A DNA stretch of 62,753 nucleotides, counting the filler, from an uncultured Methanosarcinales archaeon (GTDB lineage Archaea; Nanobdellota; Nanobdellia; Woesearchaeales; CAZXZL01), in assembly GCA_964645415.1 (NCBI GenBank). It is 4 parts of 4 records of this genome, joined end to end, with 100 filler letters (N's around TTAATTAATTAA, not from the genome) between each part and the next. Parts side by side here need not be neighbours in the genome. Positions count along the whole stretch, not along the records: positions 48,391 to 62,753 come from CAZXZL010000024.1; 3 more parts are not named here. The stretch is one strand, 5' to 3'. A program made the position numbers and the translations under genes. The notes below the pieces were generated by a model. The model worked only from the letters and a program-made list of their open reading frames with translations, did not search any database and was not told the origin of the DNA. Positions 51,022 to 60,800 of this stretch are shown in pieces (position 1 is the first letter of the stretch; the number at the start of each line of letters is the position of its first letter).

Positions 51022-53112
51022 ATGCGAAAACTTATTTCAGTGAAGTATATTATTTTATTTGTCTCCTTTTTAATTATAGTTTCTAGTTCTATTTATGCTG
51101 TTGAAACCCCTCAATTGAATATTTCTTTTGATGAGCGAATTCAACAAGATGTTACTTACCATCCTCTGACACACCCACATAGTGATTATAATTTAAGTTG
51201 GATAAATAACTATGAAAATCAATCTTATTATAATATAACTGGATCTATTGTCTTTGAAAATATAAATGAAGAAACTACTAATGCAACTTTAATTGATGTA
51301 TGGATTGAGTTAAATAATCTTGATGACATTTTATGGCTTGATAGGATAACTGATACTAGAAATGCAACCATTTATGGTTTAGATGAAGAGGGAAATATAA
51401 ATCGTTCAATGAATAGTTCAACTTTTTTTGATAATGTTGAAAAAGATTTAACTGAATTTATAATTCATATCCCTGAACTAAATCCAAATGAGAATGTAAC
51501 TTTTGATTATTCTGTTGATCCTGTTAAAACAAGACCTCCTATTAATTTTACAACTCAATATGATCGTTCTAAAATAATTGCAGGAGATATTATAAAAATA
51601 ACTGATTATGTTGAAAATGTATTCGATCCTAATGAATATCAAAGAGATTGTATTTATGATATTAATATTGTACAAACAACTTATCGTGAAATGCTTGCTG
51701 ATACTTGGTATAATTATACTTTTTATGAAAATGATACAAATCAGTTACGAGGAGATGATTACTCAAATGCTGAAATATCTAATGATAATTATACTTTAGA
51801 ATGGAATGTTTTTGATGGTGATTGTTTAAATAGTGAAGAAATAACAAATATTACTTATGAGCTTCTTTCTCCAGAAACAACACCTGGAACTGATGATTAT
51901 AATATTATTGATGTCAATGTTAGCTATAAACTTGATTCAACAGTTTCAAATGCAAATGTTGTTGATGTTGTTGCTAGAACTGAAGGAGTTGATTTTAATG
52001 TTGATAAAAGAATTGATGATGTTGCAAGGGAAGATGTTACGCAAGATCGAAATGTAACTTGGGAAGTTATTTCTAACATTTCAACTGGTTTGGAAGGAAT
52101 ATCATATAATGTTACAGAGGTATCTTTATGGGTTTCTGAAAGAGGTGGTCAAGGAGAGATGGGTGACTTTGAAACTAACATGGAAAATATTGATGAAGAT
52201 ACTATAAGTGGAGCTCCTTTATTTGCAGAATATACTTCTGATGGGATGTTTCGTTGGCTTGATGAAGAAAATAATATTACTTATACTGACTGTTCAATTG
52301 ATGATATTTTATATCAAGGAAATGATTTAACCAACCAAGATTGTATTTGGAATTTTAATTACACTGAGTTACCTACTCCTATTGTTTGGAATTCTTTTGA
52401 TTTTTTATTAAACATTAATGATTATCATCTTTATAATGATACTGGTGATTCTGATGTTGCTCAAATTCAGAGTCATTCTTTGACTAAAGATCTACATGAT
52501 TATTATTTAAAACAAATGTATGTTATTGTTGATTATTGGCTAGATCTTGAAAAAGATATTACTTCTTTAGGTAATGATACTTATGAGATTGAAATTTGGG
52601 TTCATAATCAAGGAAATAGATGGACTCCTATTAATGCCCCTGTATCTATTTTTGATTTTGTTCCTGATGATTTTGAGATTCTTACAAATTTGACTGATTA
52701 TGATAATGAATCAATCTATTCTGATATTCATACTGATACTTACTACACTCTTCATGAAAATAGTTCAATTGAGAGTGAAGGTGGGTTTAATGGAGAGTTA
52801 TTAAAATGGACTTTAATGGATGATAATGATATGAATTCTTCACTTGCTCCTGGACATGATGGGGGGAGTAGTAATTGGGATGATTTTAATTCCACTTGGT
52901 ATACTCGTTATAGAGTTCGTGGTGATGAAGAATATAATATTGATGAATTATATATTGTTGGTCTTGATCCAGAACTTGTTGAAGGTGCTGCTTCAGATTT
53001 ATTAATTAAAATTGAAAGCGGTATTTATTCTTTAAGAAATGAAGAATTGACTTTTGTTATAGCTTTTTTATTTTCACTTTCAATTATGTTTGTGGTTGTT
53101 TTTAAAAATTAA
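51022..53112 (+). CDS. Acidic cell-surface glycoprotein, paralog 1
   Basis: Signal peptide, C-terminal TM anchor and many N-x-S/T sequons. Clear paralog of the next gene. Confidence 0.8.
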   Translation: MRKLISVKYIILFVSFLIIVSSSIYAVETPQLNISFDERIQQDVTYHPLTHPHSDYNLSWINNYENQSYYNITGSIVFENINEETTNATLIDVWIELNNLDDILWLDRITDTRNATIYGLDEEGNINRSMNSSTFFDNVEKDLTEFIIHIPELNPNENVTFDYSVDPVKTRPPINFTTQYDRSKIIAGDIIKITDYVENVFDPNEYQRDCIYDINIVQTTYREMLADTWYNYTFYENDTNQLRGDDYSNAEISNDNYTLEWNVFDGDCLNSEEITNITYELLSPETTPGTDDYNIIDVNVSYKLDSTVSNANVVDVVARTEGVDFNVDKRIDDVAREDVTQDRNVTWEVISNISTGLEGISYNVTEVSLWVSERGGQGEMGDFETNMENIDEDTISGAPLFAEYTSDGMFRWLDEENNITYTDCSIDDILYQGNDLTNQDCIWNFNYTELPTPIVWNSFDFLLNINDYHLYNDTGDSDVAQIQSHSLTKDLHDYYLKQMYVIVDYWLDLEKDITSLGNDTYEIEIWVHNQGNRWTPINAPVSIFDFVPDDFEILTNLTDYDNESIYSDIHTDTYYTLHENSSIESEGGFNGELLKWTLMDDNDMNSSLAPGHDGGSSNWDDFNSTWYTRYRVRGDEEYNIDELYIVGLDPELVEGAASDLLIKIESGIYSLRNEELTFVIAFLFSLSIMFVVVFKN

Positions 53113-53223
53113 TGGTGTTAAAAATGAAAAACTTAGTAAAAATAATAAAAATCACGTATCTCACTTTTTTTGGTATTTTTAATAACGATATTGATAAGTT
53201 AATCTTTTTAAAAGGTGATTTTT

Positions 53224-55263
53224 ATGTTTAGTAAAATAAAGTATTTTTTAATCTTTGTATTCTTTATTTTAATGTTTTCATCACTTTCATACTCTGTTGA
53301 ACAACCACAAATAAACATTACTTTTGATGAGAGTGTTGAGCAGTTTGTTAGATATAATCCTCTTGAAGATACTTCAAGTAATTATAATTCTGATTGGGTT
53401 GATGAAAATGAAAATCAGTCTTATTATAATATTACTGGTAAGTTAGTAATAGAAAATGTCAATGAGGAATGGACAGATGCAACTTTAGGAAATATTCAAA
53501 TTGAAATAGATAATGCTGATGAAATATTATGGTTTGATAGGATAAGAGATAGTAGAAATGCAACTATTTCTGGTTTTGATGGAGAAGAAGTAAATGAATC
53601 CATTAATGAATCAAACTTTTTTGATAATGTTTATTATAATCAAAGTGAATTACTTATTAGGATTCCAGAATTAGTTCCAGGTGACAATGTTTCTTTTAAT
53701 TATTCAATTAATCCTGAAACTATTAGACCACCTATTAATTTCACTTCAAGTTATAATCGTTCCAAAATTATTTCAGGAGATTCTTTTGAAGTAAATGATG
53801 TCGTTGAGAATGTTTTTGATCACAATGATTATCAAAGAGATTGTATTTATGATATTAATATTATCCAAGAAGCAATTTATTATGATGATTATGTAGATGG
53901 TTCTGATATGTGGTTTAATTTTACTTTTTTAAATGATAATGTTGATGCTGATGCTAGTGATGTTGCATCAATTAATGCTGATTTAACTACATTGGAATGG
54001 GATGTAAATGATGGTGATTGTTTATATTTTGGTGAAACAAGTGATATTACATATGATGTCTTGTCCCCTGAAACAATACCTTCCACAGATAATTATGATT
54101 TTTTAAATACTTCAATTAGTTATAATATTAATTCAACTCTTTCAAATGTAAATGTTATTGATGTTAAAGCTAGAAGTGAAAAAGTTGATTTTAATCTTTC
54201 AAAAAGAATTGATGGTGTTGCAAATGAAACTGCTTTTCCTGATAGAAATGTAACTTGGGAAGTAGGTTCTAATGTATATACTGAACTTGAAAATATTTCA
54301 TATAATGTTACAGAGGTTTCCTTATGGGTTTCAGAAGCAGGTGGAGATCCTAATGTGATTGATACAGATCATATTAGTGGTGAAGATCTTAATATGACTT
54401 ATAATTGGGATTATAAACAATTTAATGATCTTATTGATCCTGACTGTTCAATTGATGATATTTTATATTTAAATAATCCTGTTAGTAATGATGATTGTGA
54501 ATGGTATTTTAATTATTCTGATTTACCTTCTCCTATTGTTTGGAATAGTTTTGATTATCATCTTAATGTAAATGATTATTATTTATTTAATGAGACTGGT
54601 GATAGTAGTGTTGCTCAAATTCAATCTCATTCTCTAACAACTGATGAAGATGATCGTTTTGTTAAACAAATGTATATTATTGTTGATTATTGGCTTGAGC
54701 TTGAAAAAAATATTACTTCTTTAGGTAATGATACTTATAAAATTGAAGTATGGGTTCATAATCGTGGAAACAGATGGACTCCAGAAAATGCGCCAGTATC
54801 TATTTTTGATTATGTACCAGGTGATTTTGATGTTATTACAGATATGACTGATTACGATAATGAATCTATTTATTCAGATAGTTTAACTGATGTTTATTCA
54901 ACTGATCATGAGAGTCATGATGTTTCGGGTGAACAATATGATGGTCAAATGTTTAAATGGTCACTTCTTTATGAAGATGATGTTTATGAAATAAATTCCT
55001 CTTTAGCTCCAGGTTATGATACTGGATGGGATGATTTCAATTCTACTTGGTACACAAAGTATGTTGTTCAAGGTGATGGAGATTATGAGGCTACTGATCT
55101 TTATATTGTTGGTCTTGATCCAGAACTTGTAGATGGTGCGGCAAGTGATTTATTAATTGAAATTAAAGGAGGTATTAAGTCATTAGGTAGTGAAGAGATG
55201 TCTTTTTTAATTGCCTTTATGTTTTCTGTTTCAATTATGTTTATGGTAATATTTAAAAATTAG
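53224..55263 (+). CDS. Acidic cell-surface glycoprotein, paralog 2
   Basis: Colinear with 51022-53112 (ENQSYYNITG, RPPINFT, YQRDCIYDINI, LYIVGLDPELV). Confidence 0.8.
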   Translation: MFSKIKYFLIFVFFILMFSSLSYSVEQPQINITFDESVEQFVRYNPLEDTSSNYNSDWVDENENQSYYNITGKLVIENVNEEWTDATLGNIQIEIDNADEILWFDRIRDSRNATISGFDGEEVNESINESNFFDNVYYNQSELLIRIPELVPGDNVSFNYSINPETIRPPINFTSSYNRSKIISGDSFEVNDVVENVFDHNDYQRDCIYDINIIQEAIYYDDYVDGSDMWFNFTFLNDNVDADASDVASINADLTTLEWDVNDGDCLYFGETSDITYDVLSPETIPSTDNYDFLNTSISYNINSTLSNVNVIDVKARSEKVDFNLSKRIDGVANETAFPDRNVTWEVGSNVYTELENISYNVTEVSLWVSEAGGDPNVIDTDHISGEDLNMTYNWDYKQFNDLIDPDCSIDDILYLNNPVSNDDCEWYFNYSDLPSPIVWNSFDYHLNVNDYYLFNETGDSSVAQIQSHSLTTDEDDRFVKQMYIIVDYWLELEKNITSLGNDTYKIEVWVHNRGNRWTPENAPVSIFDYVPGDFDVITDMTDYDNESIYSDSLTDVYSTDHESHDVSGEQYDGQMFKWSLLYEDDVYEINSSLAPGYDTGWDDFNSTWYTKYVVQGDGDYEATDLYIVGLDPELVDGAASDLLIEIKGGIKSLGSEEMSFLIAFMFSVSIMFMVIFKN

Positions 55264-55286
55264 TAGATTTTAATTATGTTATTAGT

Positions 55287-56015
55287 ATGAAATTTTTCTC
55301 TTTAAAATGGGGTTTGTATATTTTAATGTTCATTTCAATATTTATTTTTATATCAAATTCTTCTTATTCTGCTCAAGTAATTGAAAGTTATGATATAGAT
55401 GTTGAGGTAATAAACCCTTCTACTTTTAATATTACAAAACAACTTAATATAAGAAACCTTGCAGATTCCGGATTAATCCCAGGAGAGATTATTTTTGATA
55501 TCTCTGAAGATAATAAACTTAGTTCTTTTTATTCTTATGATGATATAGGTAATGAATTAGAGGTAAATTTTGATAATATCCGAAATAGGATTATTGTTAA
55601 TAACTATATTCCTATTCCAAGTGGTTTTAGTCGTGAAGTAACCTTAGAGTATGATATGGAGATAGAAAACTCAGGAATTTTCTTTTATGAAATAATGTAT
55701 CCTGTATCAAAATCTGCAATCTCAGTAGATGAAGTTAATTTTTACTTTCATTCTGATAATTACCATTTTTCTCATGTACCGGGGGGTGAAGTAATTGAGA
55801 GAGATGGTAATAACTATGTTCATTTAAATTTTGATTTTGTGCCAGAGGAGCCAATTCATGTTGAGTTTTCTAGAATTCCTTTAGCACTTCTACCATTCTC
55901 GGGGGTTTATCTATTTTGGATACCACTAATTTTACTACCACTGATTTTCTCTCTGATACTATTTATGTATCGGAAGAAAAAAGATAAAGAAAAGTTTGAT
56001 CATTTAAAATGGTAA
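55287..56015 (+). CDS. Secreted, C-terminally anchored membrane protein
   Basis: Signal peptide, beta-rich domain, C-terminal TM helix and basic tail. Confidence 0.7.
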   Translation: MKFFSLKWGLYILMFISIFIFISNSSYSAQVIESYDIDVEVINPSTFNITKQLNIRNLADSGLIPGEIIFDISEDNKLSSFYSYDDIGNELEVNFDNIRNRIIVNNYIPIPSGFSREVTLEYDMEIENSGIFFYEIMYPVSKSAISVDEVNFYFHSDNYHFSHVPGGEVIERDGNNYVHLNFDFVPEEPIHVEFSRIPLALLPFSGVYLFWIPLILLPLIFSLILFMYRKKKDKEKFDHLKW

Positions 56016-57883
56016 TTAATGAGCCCCGATCCTTTATTAGTTTAAGGAAATTTGTAGTTAGTTTTTCGATTTTATTCTTATTGATTATTTTTAATGGGTC
56101 TTTTTCTTTTGATAGTTATTCTAGTTGTGATATTTATGAAAGTGTAGAAATTGATGTTTATGAAGAAGGTGAGATTGAATACGATTCTGAGAATCATATT
56201 GTTTCTACAGAGGGTGAAATTAAAGTTAATAACCCTTCTAATTTAACGATTTATTTATTTGATTTACCTATAAAAAGAGAAAGTAATATAGAGATAATCT
56301 CAGAAGACTTTGATTATTTTAGTCATAGTTTTAATGTTTTTAGAATAGAACCTAATTCAACATATACTATTGATTACTATTTAGATGGTGTTTTTTCGAA
56401 TGATTATCTCAATAATTCAAATTATAACTATGATGGCGATGATGCTTTTATCTATAATTTAATTGATCTTGATAATGACCTTTATAAACCTACTGCACAG
56501 ACTAATTTTGTGCCTCGTTTAAAATTTCATGGTGCTAATCAAACATTAATTGATAGCGGTGAAAATGATGAAAGATTAGTCTCTTTAGAATTTGAAAACC
56601 CAACTCCTTTCTTACTTGAAGTGAATACTTTAGAAGTTGTAAATTTAGATCCTAGTGATTATCGAGAGCCTTTTGATTTAGATACTGAAAATGAAACTGT
56701 GGAGCATTTTCAAAAAATATTTTTTAATTCAAATAATTCTTTTGAAGAGTTTTATGAAGAAACAAAAAAAATGAATATGAGTCTTCAATATTCTGAAATT
56801 CTTTATAATAAAATGCAAAATGGAACTTTAAATGAATCTTCTCTTTCATTTTTTGATCAAGATCCAAAAATATGTCCTAATGAAAATTATCTTGTTGATT
56901 TATTTTTTGATGCTGATTTAGAAAAAGAATTATTTTGGGCATTTCCTGATATATCTATTGCTGATTTTCTTTTTAACTTTACATCAGATATCTCTTATGG
57001 TCCTATTTCTAGAGATCGTCCTTCACCATCTCCTTCACCTACAGATCCTATTGAAGATGTTCCCGAAGAAGAAGGTGATTTTAGAGTTATTAGAAATTAT
57101 GAGTTTTTAAATGGTAATGTTAGAGTTGATTATTCTTTTATTAATACTTATGATTATGATAAGAACTTTACTTTTGATCAAGACTTTTCAGGCTATACTT
57201 TAGTTTCCTCAACTGACTCTTTAAATCTATTTAATAGTAGCTTTGAATATAGCTCTTCTGTTGATGCAAATTCTGTATCTTCTTTGAGTGTAGAGTTAAA
57301 ACCAAATGAGATACAGGACTCTTATGTTTTATCTTCTGCAGATATTGAAGTTGGAGATGAATTTGATTCTTTAAGACCTCTAATTATGATTCCAACTATT
57401 GATCGTAGAGAAGATGATTCTCTTCTTTCGGTAAAAAAATACTTCCTTTTTAAAAATGACAATGTTGATGTTATGATTGATGTTAAAAATAGAGGAACTA
57501 ATGATGTTGAAAATATCTATTTAAAAGATGAGTCTGATGAATATTTCATGATTAGTAAACAATGGGAAGAAAGAGGAAAGTGGTTTATTGATTCAATTTC
57601 TCCTGGTGAAACTAAGAGGATTTCTTATTCTGTTTCAAAAGAAAATTTAGTTTATTCTTTACCTGTATTAATTACTGATAGCGATGTAATTTATTCTTTT
57701 ATTTCTTCTGTTCAGTTTAGTGGTTCTGTTGAATCTGTTGATACTGACTATTTTTTTACATTTGCAATTATTAGTTTATCTTTACTTTTATTTCTTGTAA
57801 TAACATATATGTTTTTTACTAAAGTTAGATCAGAGGAGGATTATACTCTCGAAAAAATTGAAAAAGATCTAAAGAGGTTGTAA
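56009..57883 (+). CDS. Surface protein with Pro/Ser linker and C-terminal TM anchor
   Basis: Signal-like N-terminus, RPSPSPSPTDP linker, a CARDB/DUF11-like VKNRGTNDVENIYLKD segment and a TM helix. Confidence 0.7.
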   Translation: MVINEPRSFISLRKFVVSFSILFLLIIFNGSFSFDSYSSCDIYESVEIDVYEEGEIEYDSENHIVSTEGEIKVNNPSNLTIYLFDLPIKRESNIEIISEDFDYFSHSFNVFRIEPNSTYTIDYYLDGVFSNDYLNNSNYNYDGDDAFIYNLIDLDNDLYKPTAQTNFVPRLKFHGANQTLIDSGENDERLVSLEFENPTPFLLEVNTLEVVNLDPSDYREPFDLDTENETVEHFQKIFFNSNNSFEEFYEETKKMNMSLQYSEILYNKMQNGTLNESSLSFFDQDPKICPNENYLVDLFFDADLEKELFWAFPDISIADFLFNFTSDISYGPISRDRPSPSPSPTDPIEDVPEEEGDFRVIRNYEFLNGNVRVDYSFINTYDYDKNFTFDQDFSGYTLVSSTDSLNLFNSSFEYSSSVDANSVSSLSVELKPNEIQDSYVLSSADIEVGDEFDSLRPLIMIPTIDRREDDSLLSVKKYFLFKNDNVDVMIDVKNRGTNDVENIYLKDESDEYFMISKQWEERGKWFIDSISPGETKRISYSVSKENLVYSLPVLITDSDVIYSFISSVQFSGSVESVDTDYFFTFAIISLSLLLFLVITYMFFTKVRSEEDYTLEKIEKDLKRL

Positions 57884-57885
57884 TT

Positions 57886-60800
57886 ATGCGTAAAATTTTT
57901 TTCATTATTACATTTTTTTTTGTACTTTTCTCTTTTAGTGCACTTTCTCAAGAATTTATAAACTTTAATTTTCCTCAAAGTATAGATTATGTTTTTTCTG
58001 TTGATACAAGTTTGAATTTTAATTATTCTATTAGATCTGTTGTTGGTATTGATAGTGGTTATCTTTGTTTTTTTCCAGAGTCTGCTGAAAAAAGAAGAGG
58101 TCATAATGATTATTGTGAGAGATTAACTAGTATTTCAAAAGGAGATTATGATTTTACTGTTAGTAGTAGTATTCTTTTAGATGATTTTTATGTTCCTGTT
58201 TTTTATTATGGTTCTGAAGAAATCATTTATGATGATGTTTTAATTTTATATGATTATGAATATGCTCCTGAATTAAAACCTGATGATTATCAACCTCGTA
58301 CTCCCTCTGGAAGAAAAATAGGTCAAAACTTTAATGTTAATCGATCATATGGTCATGATTTTGAGGACCTTCCTGCTAGACAAGTTTCTCAAAATGAAAT
58401 TGATATTGAATTTCCAGGATTAGGTGCTATTTCTAAAGCTCGTTTTAAAGACTTGGATGTTGATGACGACCTTCCTTTAGGGATTGAAATGCTTGGTGAT
58501 CGTGGACATCAACCTCCTGGTTTAGATAAAAGTAGGGCACAAGGTTATGCAATTGATCCTGAAGAGTTAGATTTTTCTTCAGCTAACTTTACTGTTCATG
58601 GAAAAGGAGAAGAAGTTCATAAATGTCTGGATTGGAATTTTGAAGATCAAAATTGTGAAGGTGAATGGTTGCTTGAATCAGAAATTGAGCCTGGTAAAGA
58701 TTATAATTTAACTATTACTCCAGATGATCCAGGTTTTATTGAATATATTAATATTTCTGCTGCTGAACATCTTGATGAATCTCGTATGGTTATTGATGAT
58801 ATTTATGATATTGTTAGAAGATTAGATGGAAATACTGTTACAATTGATGGTAGTGAGTTTGTTAGAGTTCGTTTTGAAGAAAATTTAACTTCTAGTAACG
58901 ATATTACAATATTTGGTGAAAGTGAAGATGATGTTTCTTTAGAAGTTTATGAGGTAGGTACTAATAATTTAGTTGCTGAATTTGATGAGATAAATGAATT
59001 TGGTCGTTATCAGGAATTTTTAAATGATTTAGAAGGGGAGCAAGATAGTTTTGATATAAAAGTAATTGGTGGTTCAATTATTATTGATCATATTATTGAT
59101 CCTGCTATGGAATTACTTGAAAATCCTACTTTTATTAATCATTATGATCCATGGGTTTTAGATGAGATTCAATCTGATGGAGAGTCAAGGTGGAGTAGTG
59201 AAGGAGATTCAGAAGGAGGTTCTATTTATTCAAATGTTTTTGAGGATGGTAATATTATTTCCTCTCAAGAATCAACCTGGTCTCAAGAGATTGATTCAGT
59301 AAGTTCAGAAATAGATGTTGATGGAACATATCGTATTAATTCTGATGGAAGAGGTAATGGTGGATTGGAGTATGCAACTATTGAAATAAGAGTTTATGAT
59401 ACTGAACTCGGTTGGCAAACTATTCATTCATATACTGAAACTGAAACTGATTTGGATACTGGGTGGGTTTCTTTTGGTTATGATACTTATGATCCTGAAG
59501 GAGAAATTACTGAAGTCGAAGTTTATATGGATGTTTCTGTAGATGGAGGTAATCAAGATTATGAAGGTGAAATTTGGGTAGATAGTGTTAGTGTTTTAGC
59601 TCCTGAAACTTATGATCTTACAATGCAAGATCCTGATGGAGAAGGTAGTGTTTATGTTGATAGTGATGAAATTACTGATTTTCCTTGGGTAGATGATTTT
59701 TCTGATGGTACAAATGTTGACATAGAAGCAACTCCTGATTCTGATTGGTTCTTTGTTGAATGGTTATTAGATGGATCTTCTTACTCTTCTGATGAATCTG
59801 ATTTAATTTTTATGGATGATGATTATGAGCTTCAAGCTATCTTTGATACTTTTTATTTAGATGTTATTGAACCTGTTGGAAGAGGTGATGTCACTATTGA
59901 TGGTTATACAATTGATGATAATGAATATCCTTATCAAGATAATTTTGAAGATGATGTTGATGTTACAATTGAAGCAAATCCTGATGAAAATTGGTTATTT
60001 ATTGAATGGTTGGTTGATGGGTCTTTTTATTCTGATAATGAGGTAGATACAATTACTATGGATGATAACTATGAAATCCAAGCAGTATTTGAAAGTACGA
60101 CTTTGACTATATTAGATCCACAGGGATTAGGAGATGTTTATGTTGATGGGGTCTTAATTGATGATTTTCCTGAAGAAATTGGCTTTCAAGATGATGAAGA
60201 AGTTGATATAGAGGCTGTTCCAGAAGATTTATGGTTTTTTGAAGAATGGTTGGTTGATGGAAACTATTATTCTGATGATGAGATTGATACAATTATTATG
60301 GATGATGATTATGAACTTCAAGCAGTGTTTGGCGGGGATTTTAGCTATTTAACTATTAATGAACCTGATGGTGCAGGTGAAGTTTATGTTGAAGGAGAAT
60401 TAATAGAAGAATTTCCATATGATGAACCTTATGAAGATGGTGAGACTGTTTCAATAGAAGCAGTTGCTAATGAAAGTTGGGGTTTTGGTGAATGGATTGT
60501 TGATGGAGAACATTATTCTTACTCTTCTGATGAATCAATTACTTTAGATTCAGATAAAGAAGTAAATGTTACTTTTATTTATTATGAACTTGATATACAA
60601 ACAAATCCTGTTTTAGATTTTGGATTAAACTTTGCAGATTTAGCTGGTGAACTTACTTTGATGGAGGGCTATGAATCAGCAGATGTTTGGTTTGATTATC
60701 GAATTGAAGACGATGAATCTTGGTCTCAAAGTAGTAGTTTAACAGTAAATGAGATGGATGAATTTTCTGAAGAAATAACTGATTTAGATGATAGAACTTA

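Noticed and set aside
53112..53231. 39-aa ORF between the two surface-protein paralogs
   Set aside because: No motif or homology recognised; plausible by chance.
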